From Azolla caroliniana (Eukaryota > Plantae > Polypodiophyta): DNA of 64,000 nt. Where the stretch lies: positions 1,178,001-1,242,000 of the forward strand of contig JBHGNT010000021.1 of the NCBI GenBank assembly GCA_043228905.1, read 5' to 3'. The notes under the pieces are model-generated. The model saw only the letters and a list, made by a program, of their open reading frames with translations, did not search any database and was not told the origin of the DNA. Made by a program: the position numbers and the translations under genes. Every line of letters starts with the position of its first letter. Position 1 is the first letter of the stretch. Of this stretch, positions 51,741 to 64,000 are shown in pieces.

Positions 51741-54700
51741 TCATCTCCCTTGATATCGTGGTGTTTGACCAGGAGGAGGATACTGCGATAAGTTCATAGG
51801 AGGTTGTGCACCAAGCAGACTGTCTGAACGGTTGACGCCGACAATGTGGTCACGTGGTGGATTAGGAATGAGAGAATGATAGTTTGATGAGTATTGTGGA
51901 ACTGTAATTGGCCAATCTCCACCACGATGTGAAAGGCTTTGATTCTGCTGTGGTAACACACTTCCAGCATTGTAATGGCTTCTGTAACCATCCACTTGCC
52001 CTCTGTACATGTCCCCGATTGGCAGTTCCAAATAATTATCGTTACAGCTTAAGGTTCCTCTCCTTTCAGGTACAACCTTAGTAGATAGTCCACTAATTGG
52101 ATCATACTCGTGGCCATAATGTCCTCTCAGATACACATCATCCCTTCTACCAGACCTTCGTGAAGGATTTTCAATACCTCTTCTCTGTCCATCAATTGAC
52201 TGGGCATTGAATGTCTCATGCCTCATCGCATCCTGATCAAAATAGCTCAAGTTGACTGGCTCCAGAACCTCGTGGGAATATCTTCGGCCAGGTGAAATTT
52301 GTCTACGACTTTTTCTTCCGGTGGTTTTCATATAATCTCTATCTTGATCAATCTGTGCATCTCTGCTCGAGTACATGTCAAGGTCCACTACAGAACTCAA
52401 GTTATGCCGATGCGATCTCTCAGGTGATGATATCTTTCTAAACTTGGTAAAGTCTGAGATACACCTATCTTCCCTTTCAGACCTGTCTGCAGTCCACCTC
52501 CTAGTTTCATGTCTGCCATGCCTATTGGGTGATATTCTTCCACACAATACACCATCGTTTTTGGGCTGATGCCTTACAGATGATTTCCTGTCAAAATTTG
52601 GCAGCAAGCCCTGGTTTGAGCTACCTTCCCTGTCAAGCCTATCACTTGACTTCCTTCCCTCCAAGGAAATATCATGCCTAGAGTTTAAACTCAGTCTTGC
52701 TTTCTCTGTTGGCTCCTGCCAAGAACTCAGCCTCTTACCATCAACCTTTCTAGCATGAAGATCCTCCTCTTCAGATGCCTTCTGCTTAGATGATTCTTCT
52801 TTCCTATTTTCTTTGGAAAGGCAAATCATATGCGTAACTTCTTGACCTGCAATTGGTAGGTGTTCAACTGTTTTTCTTATCTCTGGCAATGACAACTTGT
52901 CTGAGGCATCTTTAGAGATAGGCTTGTTCATTGATGTCACTTTGAATTTCAGAGTGTCTTTATTAGCAACGTCATCAAGATTACCTGGTAGAAGAAATTT
53001 GGTACCAACTTTCTGTGTGTCCATCAACTTAGAAGATGAGGTTCTTCCAATAACATTGAACGTCAGTGCTTCTCCATTAGCTACAGCATTTGAATCAATT
53101 CGTCGGTGAAATTTACTATCCACTCTGTTCATGTCCTTTACCTTAGACAAACTTCTACGACTTACCTTCTGAGAATTTTCTTGTGCAGCATGCAAATTGG
53201 TGAATGTTTTGCTTTTTTCGTCCGAAACACTTTCCACTATCTTCCCTCCTGTTTTATTCTTCTTCTCTATTAAGAAATCTGGAATTGATAAGGGAGAACG
53301 AGGCTGTTGGCGTGGTATGGAAGGCATCCCAATAAACCGTGTATCTGATTCTGTTGAGATGTGACCTTTCTCCAAAGCTACTTGACGGTGTCTGGATACC
53401 CAATCAGGTCTACTCCACAAATACAGGGGTGGGGCAACAGCATTCCAATCAGTCAACGGGTTTTCATCAACATCTATAGAGCCAGGCAAATAGAATGACT
53501 GCAAGCAACAATTTGGATCAGTTGGTTTCATTAGAAATATGACATTGTGTGAACAAAACCTGATACAAATTATTGTCTTTGAGCTAACCTTTCCTTGTAA
53601 GAGGTCAGGGTCTTCCCATACCAAGTCATATTTCTCAGGTTTCCGATCCAGCCTGCAAAATGACTATATAGCATTGTAGTAAAACCATATTATGTGTGAT
53701 GGGTCATTATAAAAAAATGAGGGTTTAGGGTTTAGAATTGTAAGCCCTATTATTCAATAACCATGAATACTTGTGGCAAACATGTATAATTGCATTCAAG
53801 AAACATCATTGAAAAGTAGCTTGGAACTTTTAATCATTACAAGAAATGATTGTACCTCCAAGGGCATCAGACAGCTACTGCATAGGTAACATAATGCAAA
53901 ATTTTCATGAACTAAAGAAAACTTTGCCAAAATGATTTATTTTCCAATACCAGAATAGAAATCTGCATCTGGTAAATGAAATTTCACCTTGCTTCCTAGA
54001 CACCTATTGTGTCCATTTTGCGGCTATATTGGAGTCTAAAAGTACTTATAACTTGGATAGTAAGGGTTATGAGGAGGTCCAAACAACAAGATCCATTTGT
54101 GTATGGGAAGAAATTTCCACTTAACAGAAATTGGATGTACCTTTCAGTTTCCTTGGGAACAATGAATACCAGAAGCTTTGGTTTAAACTTCAATGCGTGA
54201 TTTATAAATTGGTTCGCAAGTGCTCCTCTTACTCCAAAAGGAGGATTCAATCCCATTATCTGCAATATATTTAAAAAACTACTAAGCATTAAGCAGAAAG
54301 CTAGCACTAGTTCATCATTATTGCTCATAAGGAGAACTCACAAGCCTGCTTCCATCAATCAAGTCCTCTGGCTTCACTTTAAACCAATCCTTCTTTGTGA
54401 AATTGAAGTCATTCTGCAACTTTAGTTTGTAAGTGGGCAACTTGCCATGGTGTAAATGTTAGATTGTCATCTCTAATTCCATTATTCTCTAAGTTTTTGT
54501 TTAACTCCATATTTCATGAAACCTCATTTTTAACTACACAACTATTAGGAGTAATTATGAAACCAAGAACACAGCATTGCATTTAAGCAAATCACATAAC
54601 ATTTACATATTAAAATTTAATGAGTACATGTAAAGCCTATAACTTTGTTGCTAGTAAAGAGGAATCAACATCATAAAAATAGTCTTTCAGGAATAGAAAG

Positions 54701-57700
54701 AGAAAAAAGTGAAATCATTAACAGAAATATTAGAGACATGTACACACCCCATGACTAAGTGAAGTAACTAATGAGGATGAAATGAAGAGCTTGGAAAGCA
54801 AACCGCACCATGGAATAGGTGGGTCAATCTTAGGACAAACTTACTTTCGTCTGAATGGCATCAAAGTTTTTATATTTGCAAATTTTCCCAGATTCTTCCA
54901 GTTTTTCCTTCATAAGTAATGAGAATTCATTTGATCCACAGCAAAAGTCAACCACCTACAGAATAAAAAAGAATTCAAGAACTTCTAGCATAAAATTGAA
55001 ATAAACCAGGATAATTAACAGTACAGTATGTAATGGATAAAAAGAGACAATTTGCACTCTTCTGCAATTGCCTTGAACACTTCCCAAAAGAAAAATATCA
55101 TCATGTACAGTGTACCATTGTACTTAATCATCTTTTGTAATGTAGAAGTGTTCTTGCAAGGAAACTGTGACATAACAAAGACCTACACATATATCAGATT
55201 CTCAGTTCTTTTGTATTCTCAATTCAAGTTACAAATTGTGACATAACAAAGATCTTTTGTATTCTCAGTTCAAACTACAGATCAGATTTATATTTTGCAA
55301 CCCTGTTAAGAATGAACTGTATAAAGAAGATCTTTAAGTGGAGAACTAGCAAATAGTAGCTCAGTTCAGAAAGATAAGATAATGCTTTACCATATCACCT
55401 TCATCAACATATGCATGTAGCCTGTCAGCAATCTGTAAATATAAGATACAAAATCACCCAAGGAATTTTTGAAGTGCATTAGATTTCGGTCTGAAGACAC
55501 AGATTAGAGCAAATCAAGAAATCCCACTAAATATGTAGTAAGTTTTTACATTCATTCTGTCATAATTTTGCACAGGCAATTAAACAAATGATAATGTATA
55601 ACACACATTGATGAAGAAAGCATGAAACTGCAAACAGAAAAATATTAAAAATATACATATTACACCAAGACACACATTCGAACTCAAATTTAATTTAGTT
55701 AACTTTACACTTAGTAGACCACAAACAATTCAATCGCACTTTAAGTACATTATCACATGCAGAGAGTGCATATATTTACAAGGGCACCAGCACAAATTAA
55801 GAATGGAAAAATACCAGGCACATGGCCAAATGCTAATATACTAAATACACTGAAATACCAACAATGTATGAACGCGGATGAAAAAGGCATGAATCTGCAG
55901 AGAACGAAATAATGCAAACCTGTTCAAGTTTGTCAGTTTTTGTAAAGTGTCGACCATAGGAAGTATACCTTGCTCCGTAAAGAAATGGGGACAGATAAAC
56001 TCTCAAATCATTCTGCTCATTCACAAGAAAAACGAAATCAACAAGAATACGAAATAATCTCTTAGCTTTTTTCATAACCATGACCATGCAATTCACCAAA
56101 CAATTTTATTGAATGAACAGAAGCAACAAATAGCATATCTGAAAGTCAGCCACCAAAAATGTTCACTAAATGGTATTTTATGAAGCTTTCAACATGTTTC
56201 TCAGCTATTATTTTTATTGGGTTTGGTTTAGATGTATAATAGAAGGAATCGGGGAATTCAATTCAAGTAACAGTCCTATTGACATCCTCAAGCTAATGGA
56301 ATTTTTGCATCATTCACGATGTTATTTAATATTTCTAGCATTGTCAGTTTAGTGCAATCATTATCTCTAGAAGTTATCCACCTTACAAACTTTGAATGGT
56401 ATACTCTTTAAACCATACCCTGCAACATTCCAGATATTTGATGAAGTGAGGAGAGCATTTCATTTTTGCATCCTCTATGCTACCACCATTCTCAAGGATC
56501 TCTAAAGCTTTGCGCATACCCTGCAACAAACGAATACCAGAACATTTGTGGAGTTAGGAGCTTATTGATGTGGTGGCATCAAATAAAGCTGGAAGTTACC
56601 TTGGTTATGGACTCGATTTTGACCAAAGAATATTTTCTATCAGCATTTTGAGAGTTTAAACGCCTATAGTTGATAGGCACTTCATACTTATTTAGAACAC
56701 TCTCAATTGTCACCACAGCTTTTGCTTTTCCAATGATGCTATCCACCCTATTTAAAATAAACTATTAGCTAGGGCACATGGAGTCTTGACTAGAACTACA
56801 GTTTATATAGTTTTTTACGTACACACTCTGTATTTCACTGCCGATTATAATTGATTTTTGGAAAGTGGGTGGTTTTCTTTTTCGCAGATGCTGATGCAAA
56901 GTTGCCTCATTTGTAGATTTACAAGAACCATCTAATCCAGTTTTACTTTTTCTTTGCATTGCGCTTACACCAGATTCATGTAAATTGTCATCTTGATTTG
57001 TAGGGAAACCTAGTCCTTTTAACACAAAAACAGTTTGTGGTCCCTTCATCAGTTTCTTCTCTGCTGAAGTAGCATCACCCTCTGATGTCTTTGATACTTT
57101 CCTTTCAACTGTGGGCTTCAAGTTATCTTGACTTCTCTTCAGTGAAACTATCTTGCTCAGTTTTACTTCGGTCTCCAGCTGCTCTAATTTATTTTTTCCT
57201 AGTGTTCTTTTAGGTGTGGACTTGTAGCTTGCAGGAAATTTCACATGAGATCTTTCAGGCGTACCAAGTGTAGAAATTATAGGGTGCCGGCTGTCAAATA
57301 TATAAAATCCAAAATATAGAACCAAAAGATATAAAGTCAGAGATAATCAAAGCTTCAAAAGCTTTCCATGCAGGGATCTTCTTACAATGATGCCTTACGA
57401 TCTCTCTTAATAATTACATAACTGAATTCACATCATAATCAGAAGTGCACAACCGAATGGGAATGAGAAAAATGGGGCCCACAAATAGTGACAAGGTTCC
57501 ACGACACAATCAACTGTTGACAAATGAGATAATTACAGCAAAGGGTATAACTATAAATCAGATAGTGACAATGCTTTATATTAGGACTACTCGATTTTGT
57601 TAAATGAACTGTTTTGTCTGTTTTGTCAATAGAGCTTGGAATATGTGTGGTATATGCTTATCTTACTAAAAGACAACTTTAAAAAACATGAATGCTTACT

Positions 57701-60700
57701 TGCAATATATAAGAATTCTATTAAGCAAAAGGCCATTCCAAGCTCTTGTAGGCTCATCTTCTCCTCTTTCATCATCACTTTCATTATCAAATAGAATTGA
57801 ACTGCAAAACATAGCATGACAGTCAAAATAGAACATTATCATGCCAGTAGATTATTTATAGACTATAATATTTATTAAAAACTTACGAAGGCAGACATGC
57901 ACGATGCCAAACCCTTGGGCATCTTCGGCAAATGCCAAATTGTAAGTCTCTCTCTTCCTTCTCCCCTATTCCACATTTCCAACACTTATGCATGGAGCAA
58001 CTAAACCCTTCTCCTTTTTTTATGGATTCAGCCAGAGCAATTTGTTCACTTTTATCATGATCTCGTAGAGTAATTTCAGCAATGCACATAGGATGGTAAA
58101 AACGACCACACATAGCAGTTTCACAAAGAAATACCTGCAAAAGGTAGTCCACTCTCATCTTTAATTTTAGATATAAAGATGTATTTAAACATATCTTTAA
58201 AGACTGGATTAAATTATTTGAATACAATAAAAAGACTCTAGTGTGGCTGAAATGTGAATGAGATGGCTATCCTTATAGAAATATCAATATTGTTAACTTT
58301 CTGAAGCTGTGAACTCCCATACAATGATCCCTCATAAAGGAGTTCTTGATCACCTTTGAAAGAACGATACCTCTTGAGCAGCACCAATGGTCTCATGAGA
58401 GCATCCAAGTTCCCCACATGCATTGCATTGATGTACTTTTGCTTCACAATTTGGACAGTAGAATTTATCCATCCTCTATAAAGTAAAGGAGACGTCACTA
58501 TTTTTTTTCCAAACAAAAAGAAACACTGCCAACACACAACATTCTTCTGATAATTCAAGATGTAAGATGGCATGCCAATAACTCCTTACAAACCTGAACT
58601 TTAGATTTGCTAAAACCCAATGTTGAGCAACTAACATCTTCAGCTCCTTGAGCATCTTTGTGCACATGGAATGACCTCATACATGGACCATCACAGCTGC
58701 AGTCCACCAAAAAAAGGAAGATAAAAAATAGCTTTAAAGTAAGATATCACATCTGGTATTTCTAGCCAGTAAAGAGGGGAATGCAAGCATAGATGCACAT
58801 TCATGCATTTTACCTAGTAACTTCACCACCATTATCACAAATACAGCAAACAGTTTCAGAAAGATCCCCAGTTTGATCTACATCTACATCTTCTCCATTT
58901 CCATTTTGATCTACATCCGCATCTTCTCCATTTCCAGTCTGATATACATCTGCATCTTCTCCAAAAGTATCCATTTCCTCATCAGACTCTTCTACAGCTT
59001 CCCCAAAACCACCAATTTCCTCATCAGACTGTAGACATCCCATTTCCAACTTGCATTTTTTGTCCTTGTGATATACCATACCTTCATTATTTCCACCAGA
59101 AGTAAACACCTGATTTCTTCTACTTGGCTGATCATCATGGTGACAAAAAATGAAACAATAAAACAAGCAAAGAATTAAGCAAGATCATTTAGAATGTTGG
59201 AAACATGGTAGCAGCAAATAGATTACAGCAAGAAGATAAATCAACTAGATCAAAATGTAGACCCCTTAAGTACATATGTCAGAACAATACCGGGAAAATT
59301 TTGTAGAATCAATGTGAGATGCAGAATGAGACCAGGATTCAAAATCTGATGAATCAGTTTGTCGTGGAGAAAGAACGGGAAAAGAAGAGTTCGCAGTGTT
59401 TATCATGCAGATAAACTATCTACTGGACCAATAGGCCACCCCTGTGTCTGATCCTAGTCTCTGATAGACAGGTGCTGAATCACGTAGTGGGGACCATAGA
59501 ATGAAAAAAAGCTATATTAGAGGCCAAAATGGCCAATAAGACCGAAGAAGAGATTACATCTTAAAATGCTGACTTGTTTTTGAGAGTTACAAACCTAAAT
59601 AAATATAACTAAATATAGGCTCCCAAAGAATGTAGTTATCTAAACAGTTGAGATCTTTTAGATAGATAGGAACTCCTACCATTGAGAAATCTCCAACATG
59701 GGACAGTCCAAAATGAGATGACAAGGGCTATCTCCAAAAATCCATAAGGGCTTATGGGAGCTAACAATATTTACAATTCTATGCAATGCAAAAGTTACAT
59801 GAATTATTTGGAGAAAGACCCCAGCTCACTACAATTATTAATATTCAAATAAACACATTTTACCAATCCAACCAACATATTCTTTCACTGCTGCTTCCAC
59901 AAATCCAACTCTTGGTTTTGCCTCTCTTCATCTCAAATACTGCCGTTTTAATGCATTTATTTTAAACACATTACTTGATATAAGATCGAAAATACAGACC
60001 TCATTTGTAGCTGGCATTAATGCCTTTGTCGACAATCCTAGATCAATAGACCGCAGCACCTGAGTACTCACAATATTGGTAAAATATGGATATACTTTAA
60101 ATATCAAATAAAGATGAAATTGGTTAACTACCGTGGAGGTAGCCAAGCGCCTATTTGAAGAGATAAGATGTTGTATGACGGGCAAATGTGAAAGCAACTC
60201 ATCGCGGCTCAGTTCCATTTCCAAAGAACTGCCAATCAAACCATATCTTAGCTATGTATATGACAAATTTTACTTTAGATTAATCAGATGGAAATATCCA
60301 GGTAGATGCATTAACCATATAGACACTTACGGGAACAATTCTTGCACATGCTCCCAAGCACCTTTATCCGAAGCATCAGGGTAGACAAGAGCAAAATTGA
60401 GGAAGTGAGCAACAATTAATATGCTTTGAATCGTTTCCTCATAGCTCTTACAAGGTTTTAGCAACGTGATCCTGAAATAAAATTAACATGCCTCAATGAC
60501 ATCCGAAATATGATCTCTGCAAGTAAAAACTTGAAGCTAGGCTTATGAGAATATGGTCGTTTAACATAGCATGTCTATCAATAGGCTTACCAGAAATGGC
60601 CTTCTCATAGCATGTTTCTCAATCAACTTATTAGCATTGGTCATTCAACATAGCATGTCTTCATCACACTAGTAATATAGTCTTTCAAAAATAATGAGAA

Positions 60701-63700
60701 AGGGCCATCGTAAAATAAAATGAGAATAACAAAAGATAAAAGATAAAAGATAAATGTCTTTCTGCGCTAGTTTTGAAAACTAAATGGAACTCAAATCACT
60801 GCCCTCTAAAAATAATCATGATGGATGATCCAATATTGAAATGTCCTAGCAAGACGGTGTCCCTGCTGCCATGTGATGATGGCTTTGATTGTATGAAGAC
60901 ATGTACATTCCAGCTGTGATCCCAGGATAGTGTTGTCATTACTTGTCTGTGAATCCAACTTAGCTGGGATCTTTGCTTGTGGAGTGTCCTTAGTAGTATC
61001 CATGCCAAGACAAAGTTCCCTGCTTTGGTGGATGGGTGAGTATTGAGCACTTCCTCTCCTCATGTCTACAAACATCCCAACCAAAATGAATTCATGGCTC
61101 AGCAGTCAAGCCCAATATAGTTATTTCTCTTTGTAGTTGACGCCACTGATGCCAACTGGAGCCATAACTCTAATGTGCATATTTTCACAGACCATCATCA
61201 CACAGCATCAAAGATACCCTCTTCATCCTAACAATCTTTTCATACAATATTACCCCAATATGTTAGCCGGTCGGCTACCCGGAGTCGGACAAATGTGAAA
61301 AGGAATCGGAGTTGGAGTCGAAGTTGAAGAGTATGAACAGTGATCGGAAATCGTATGAATATGAAAGGACAGAATTTAAATATAATATAATTTTGCCAAG
61401 TATAAAAAATATAGTAATAGGACAGTTTTGTATAACTGTAGGTTCTTGCCGAACAAGGCAAGTGTAAATCTTGGAGAGGGACTCTCAGGTCACCTATAAA
61501 AAGGAACCGAGAGCATTGTATTGGTATCGGTCTATTTTGATTAATATAAGTTTTGGTAGTTACGAGTATCTGCTGTGTCGACAACTCTGTGTATGTTTCT
61601 ATCTGTCGTCGTGTCGTATGTTCGAATCCAACCTCTGCTGCACAGATTATATTATATCTAATAGTTGATCAAGAGCGTATGTTAAATCGTAATAATTAAT
61701 CTCTGTACAACTATTTTCTGAGTGTAGAACTAGTGTCGACCAACCCATCTCTCCACCACAATCTTCTTGACCGAATGTTCAACCTATTGTGTCTGTCGGC
61801 TACAGCTGTCAGCAGATTAACACATTCCAATGAGCAAACACCAAAGCTGATCGTCAGCAATGATTCAGATTACATTCCAAGCCATTCATTGTTAGAAAGT
61901 TAATGTACTAAAGACATATTTTCCTTTTATGACTGACATTGATTGGTTACAGAAACAGTTTTAATATGTTGAGCATCATAGAGTTTAGACCATTATGGTC
62001 TCCTTAAATGTCTAACAATATCCGAAAAGCCTTCAGCACTAGACCAAATGCTCTACTCATGCAGTGGCTAGAAGCCCTTGGTATCCCTGTAAATATGCAA
62101 TGGGGAATCTGTGCAGAATTGGAGTAAAACAAGGATGCCCACTATCATCCACTTTCTTCAGTGTCTATATAGATGATGTATGGTTCAGCAGTTCAGGGGC
62201 ATGACTAGTGGGTATACCATACAAATATTACTATTATGTTGATGATACTGTGTTTATCTCCAATCCTCTAGAGGAACTACAAAGACATGTAAACACCTAA
62301 AATCATTTTTTATGGACAAAGGTTTGTTGGTAAACATAGATTAAATTAAGGGATGGTGTTTAACATCAGTCAAGCACGGGCAACAAGATCAGAACCAAAA
62401 TTCTTCTTGGGTGAGGAAAGGGCGGCATATATACACGATCCTACACATACCTAGGAGAACAGTCATAGTGCCTAGGTTCTCCTTACAGAAGGCTGCCTGT
62501 TCTAGACTTTCTCATGGATTTGCAGCCCTTGGTGCTCCTGAAAGACAATGTGAACATTTGCAGGTTCAAGTACCAAGAACTAAATTGTGGCTATTTGATG
62601 CAATTGTCACACCTATTCTTCTCTATGGAGTAGAAACCTGGGGACCTATTTGTAACAGCAAATAACTGGAAATATTTAAGGAGACCTTTAATCTCAATAA
62701 TTTCCCAAGTTATAAGGAGCAAAATATTGGTGCCCCATGATATAATCTGGGCCATTATACGTATTGTAAATGTACATCCTTGTGTATGTCTATAAAAAAT
62801 CCAATAGAATACATCTTCCTATTCAATCTTTTTCACACATTTAAATGGTACCCTTCAGTCTGTAGATGATAGATAAAAGAGGGTTTAAAATCCCTTCCGC
62901 TGAGATCATATCCTATGCTAACGTAATTATGAGTGACCAACCCAACTTATACATTATATTGGCTTTTAAAACCCTTTATTGTGAATTTTTCCTACAATTC
63001 CACAAGAAAGGCAAGAAGGAAGTCTACTATGACGACCACATCATCATCAATGGCAAGGCCGTCAAATAGGGATTTGCAGCCTATGAGACAATAGAATCAG
63101 AGCTACATATTGGAGTTCGAACCTACAACAGAGCACTTTGGACACATCCAAGAAGAATGGAAGAGATCATGGCAAAACGAGACATACTCCTCATTATAAA
63201 GAAGCATCAGAGCCGAAAGAAAGGTCTTCTTGGGTGGAGGGAGCACCAGAACATAACTGTCGTTGCTCCTCATGTCTGATCCAATCTATTACACAAGTAT
63301 CAGGATACAAGGCACATGTGCCATACCAGCAATAGATCATGGACATCATTAATTGCATGTCTGATCCACCCAAAGACACCCAGATGCACTCAATGAACTT
63401 CATCACAGCTCCAATCAACCTTGAATACTATTATCCATATCAACGTACCACTACCAATCCCATTCATAATAATTACGCGTTTCAATGTAAACTATCTCAA
63501 CGCCTGCATCAAGATCATTATCACATATGTTCACAAAACCTAAAGCATTTGATTTTGTATAAATATGGATAACTTGAATTTACCCATCATTTGTCTCATA
63601 GGCCAATTTAAGCTTCTAATAAACGTCAATATATCCAAATTTCGCATTCACAAAGAAAGAAAACAACGAAGAAGACGCAACAAGAAATACCAGTTCTTTT

Positions 63701-64000
63701 CTGCTTGCAAATAAAAGATGGGTTTCATATCTTCCTTCAGCTCAAGCTTCCATGAAAGAGCTTTCAGGTATAGAAACATCCCATTGTTGTTAATTCCTCT
63801 CAAATACACAGGTTTCTCTGTATTAGGGTTCCGAAACACATTGTTCTCCATACTAAGCTTTAGAAACCTGTCTTTATCTGTATCATGGTTTTCCTCTTCC
63901 TTGAAGTAAGGTAAAGTAGTGAAAGAAACAGGTGTTTCATCTTCATATTCTAACCAGTAATTTCCAACACTTTCACAATTCACTTCCATGTCATCCTCAT
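51741..64000 (-). CDS. EDM2: EDM2-like protein (N-terminal RFTS-like region, atypical PHD fingers, C-terminal methyltransferase-like domain), 5'-partial
   Basis: Exons read by eye: >64000-63691, 60471-60331, 60228-60132, 60059-60000, 59109-58814, 58696-58594, 58475-58371, 58134-57887, 57801-57700, 57290-56823, 56747-56600, 56520-56419, 56012-55920, 55432-55391, 54955-54845, 54413-54342, 54259-54141, 53652-53589, 53498-51741. Motifs: NYWLEYEDETPVSF, CCICDNGGE.SCDGPCMRSFH, CGRFYHP, CRRCPRVWHRACLP, YGARYTSYGRHFTK, VDFCCGSNEFS, MGLNPPFG, SFYLPGSID. Confidence 0.9.
61261..61822 (+). mobile_element. Solo-LTR-like insertion in an EDM2 intron
   Basis: TGTTA...TAACA termini, CpG-richer than the flanks, TATA CCTATAAAAAGG at ~61493. 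No clean TSD. Confidence 0.6.
62030..62750 (+). mobile_element. Degenerate non-LTR (RTE-like) RT fragment in an EDM2 intron, antisense to the gene
   Basis: Remnants GVKQGCPLS (~62121), LLYVDD (~62230) and LWLFDAIVTPILLYGVETWG. Confidence 0.75.

Noticed and set aside
51741-53624. Stand-alone 627-aa gene
   Set aside because: It is the last two exons of the EDM2-like gene read through a stop-free 90-nt intron (53588-53499).
59862-59930. Extra EDM2 exon (MKRGKTKSW...)
   Set aside because: Weak acceptor, and the flanking exons already join in phase without it; cannot be supported without RNA data.
61261-61822. Member of the CpG-targeting LTR group
   Set aside because: Different termini (TGTTA/TAACA) and no CG-centred flank.

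Overview
Eukaryotic plant nuclear DNA, most likely a fern or other seed-free vascular plant (inferred from the PLS-PPR motif style, intron sizes and retroelement types; not verifiable here). The left half (1-31 kb) is nested retroelement debris around one intact single-exon extensin gene and a PPR pseudogene. The right half is gene-rich: RER1 (3 exons, -), a PLS-class PPR gene with an E-type C-terminus and no DYW (-), a GCIP/cyclin-D1-binding protein gene (4 exons, +) and a 5'-truncated multi-exon EDM2-like gene (-). The most unusual signal is one LTR-retrotransposon group with TGTCG...CGACA termini. It has a tRNA-Trp primer site and 4-bp target duplications centred on CpG (ACGT, GCGT). Two of its LTRs carry a tRNA-type Pol III A/B box pair, and one copy exists as a 717-bp near-perfect fold-back palindrome of two LTR 3' halves. 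Also notable are a Copia solo LTR with a 7x54-bp array inside a (TATG)n microsatellite and three independent tandem duplications with 179-180 bp periods. All calls were made by eye; no database searches were run.
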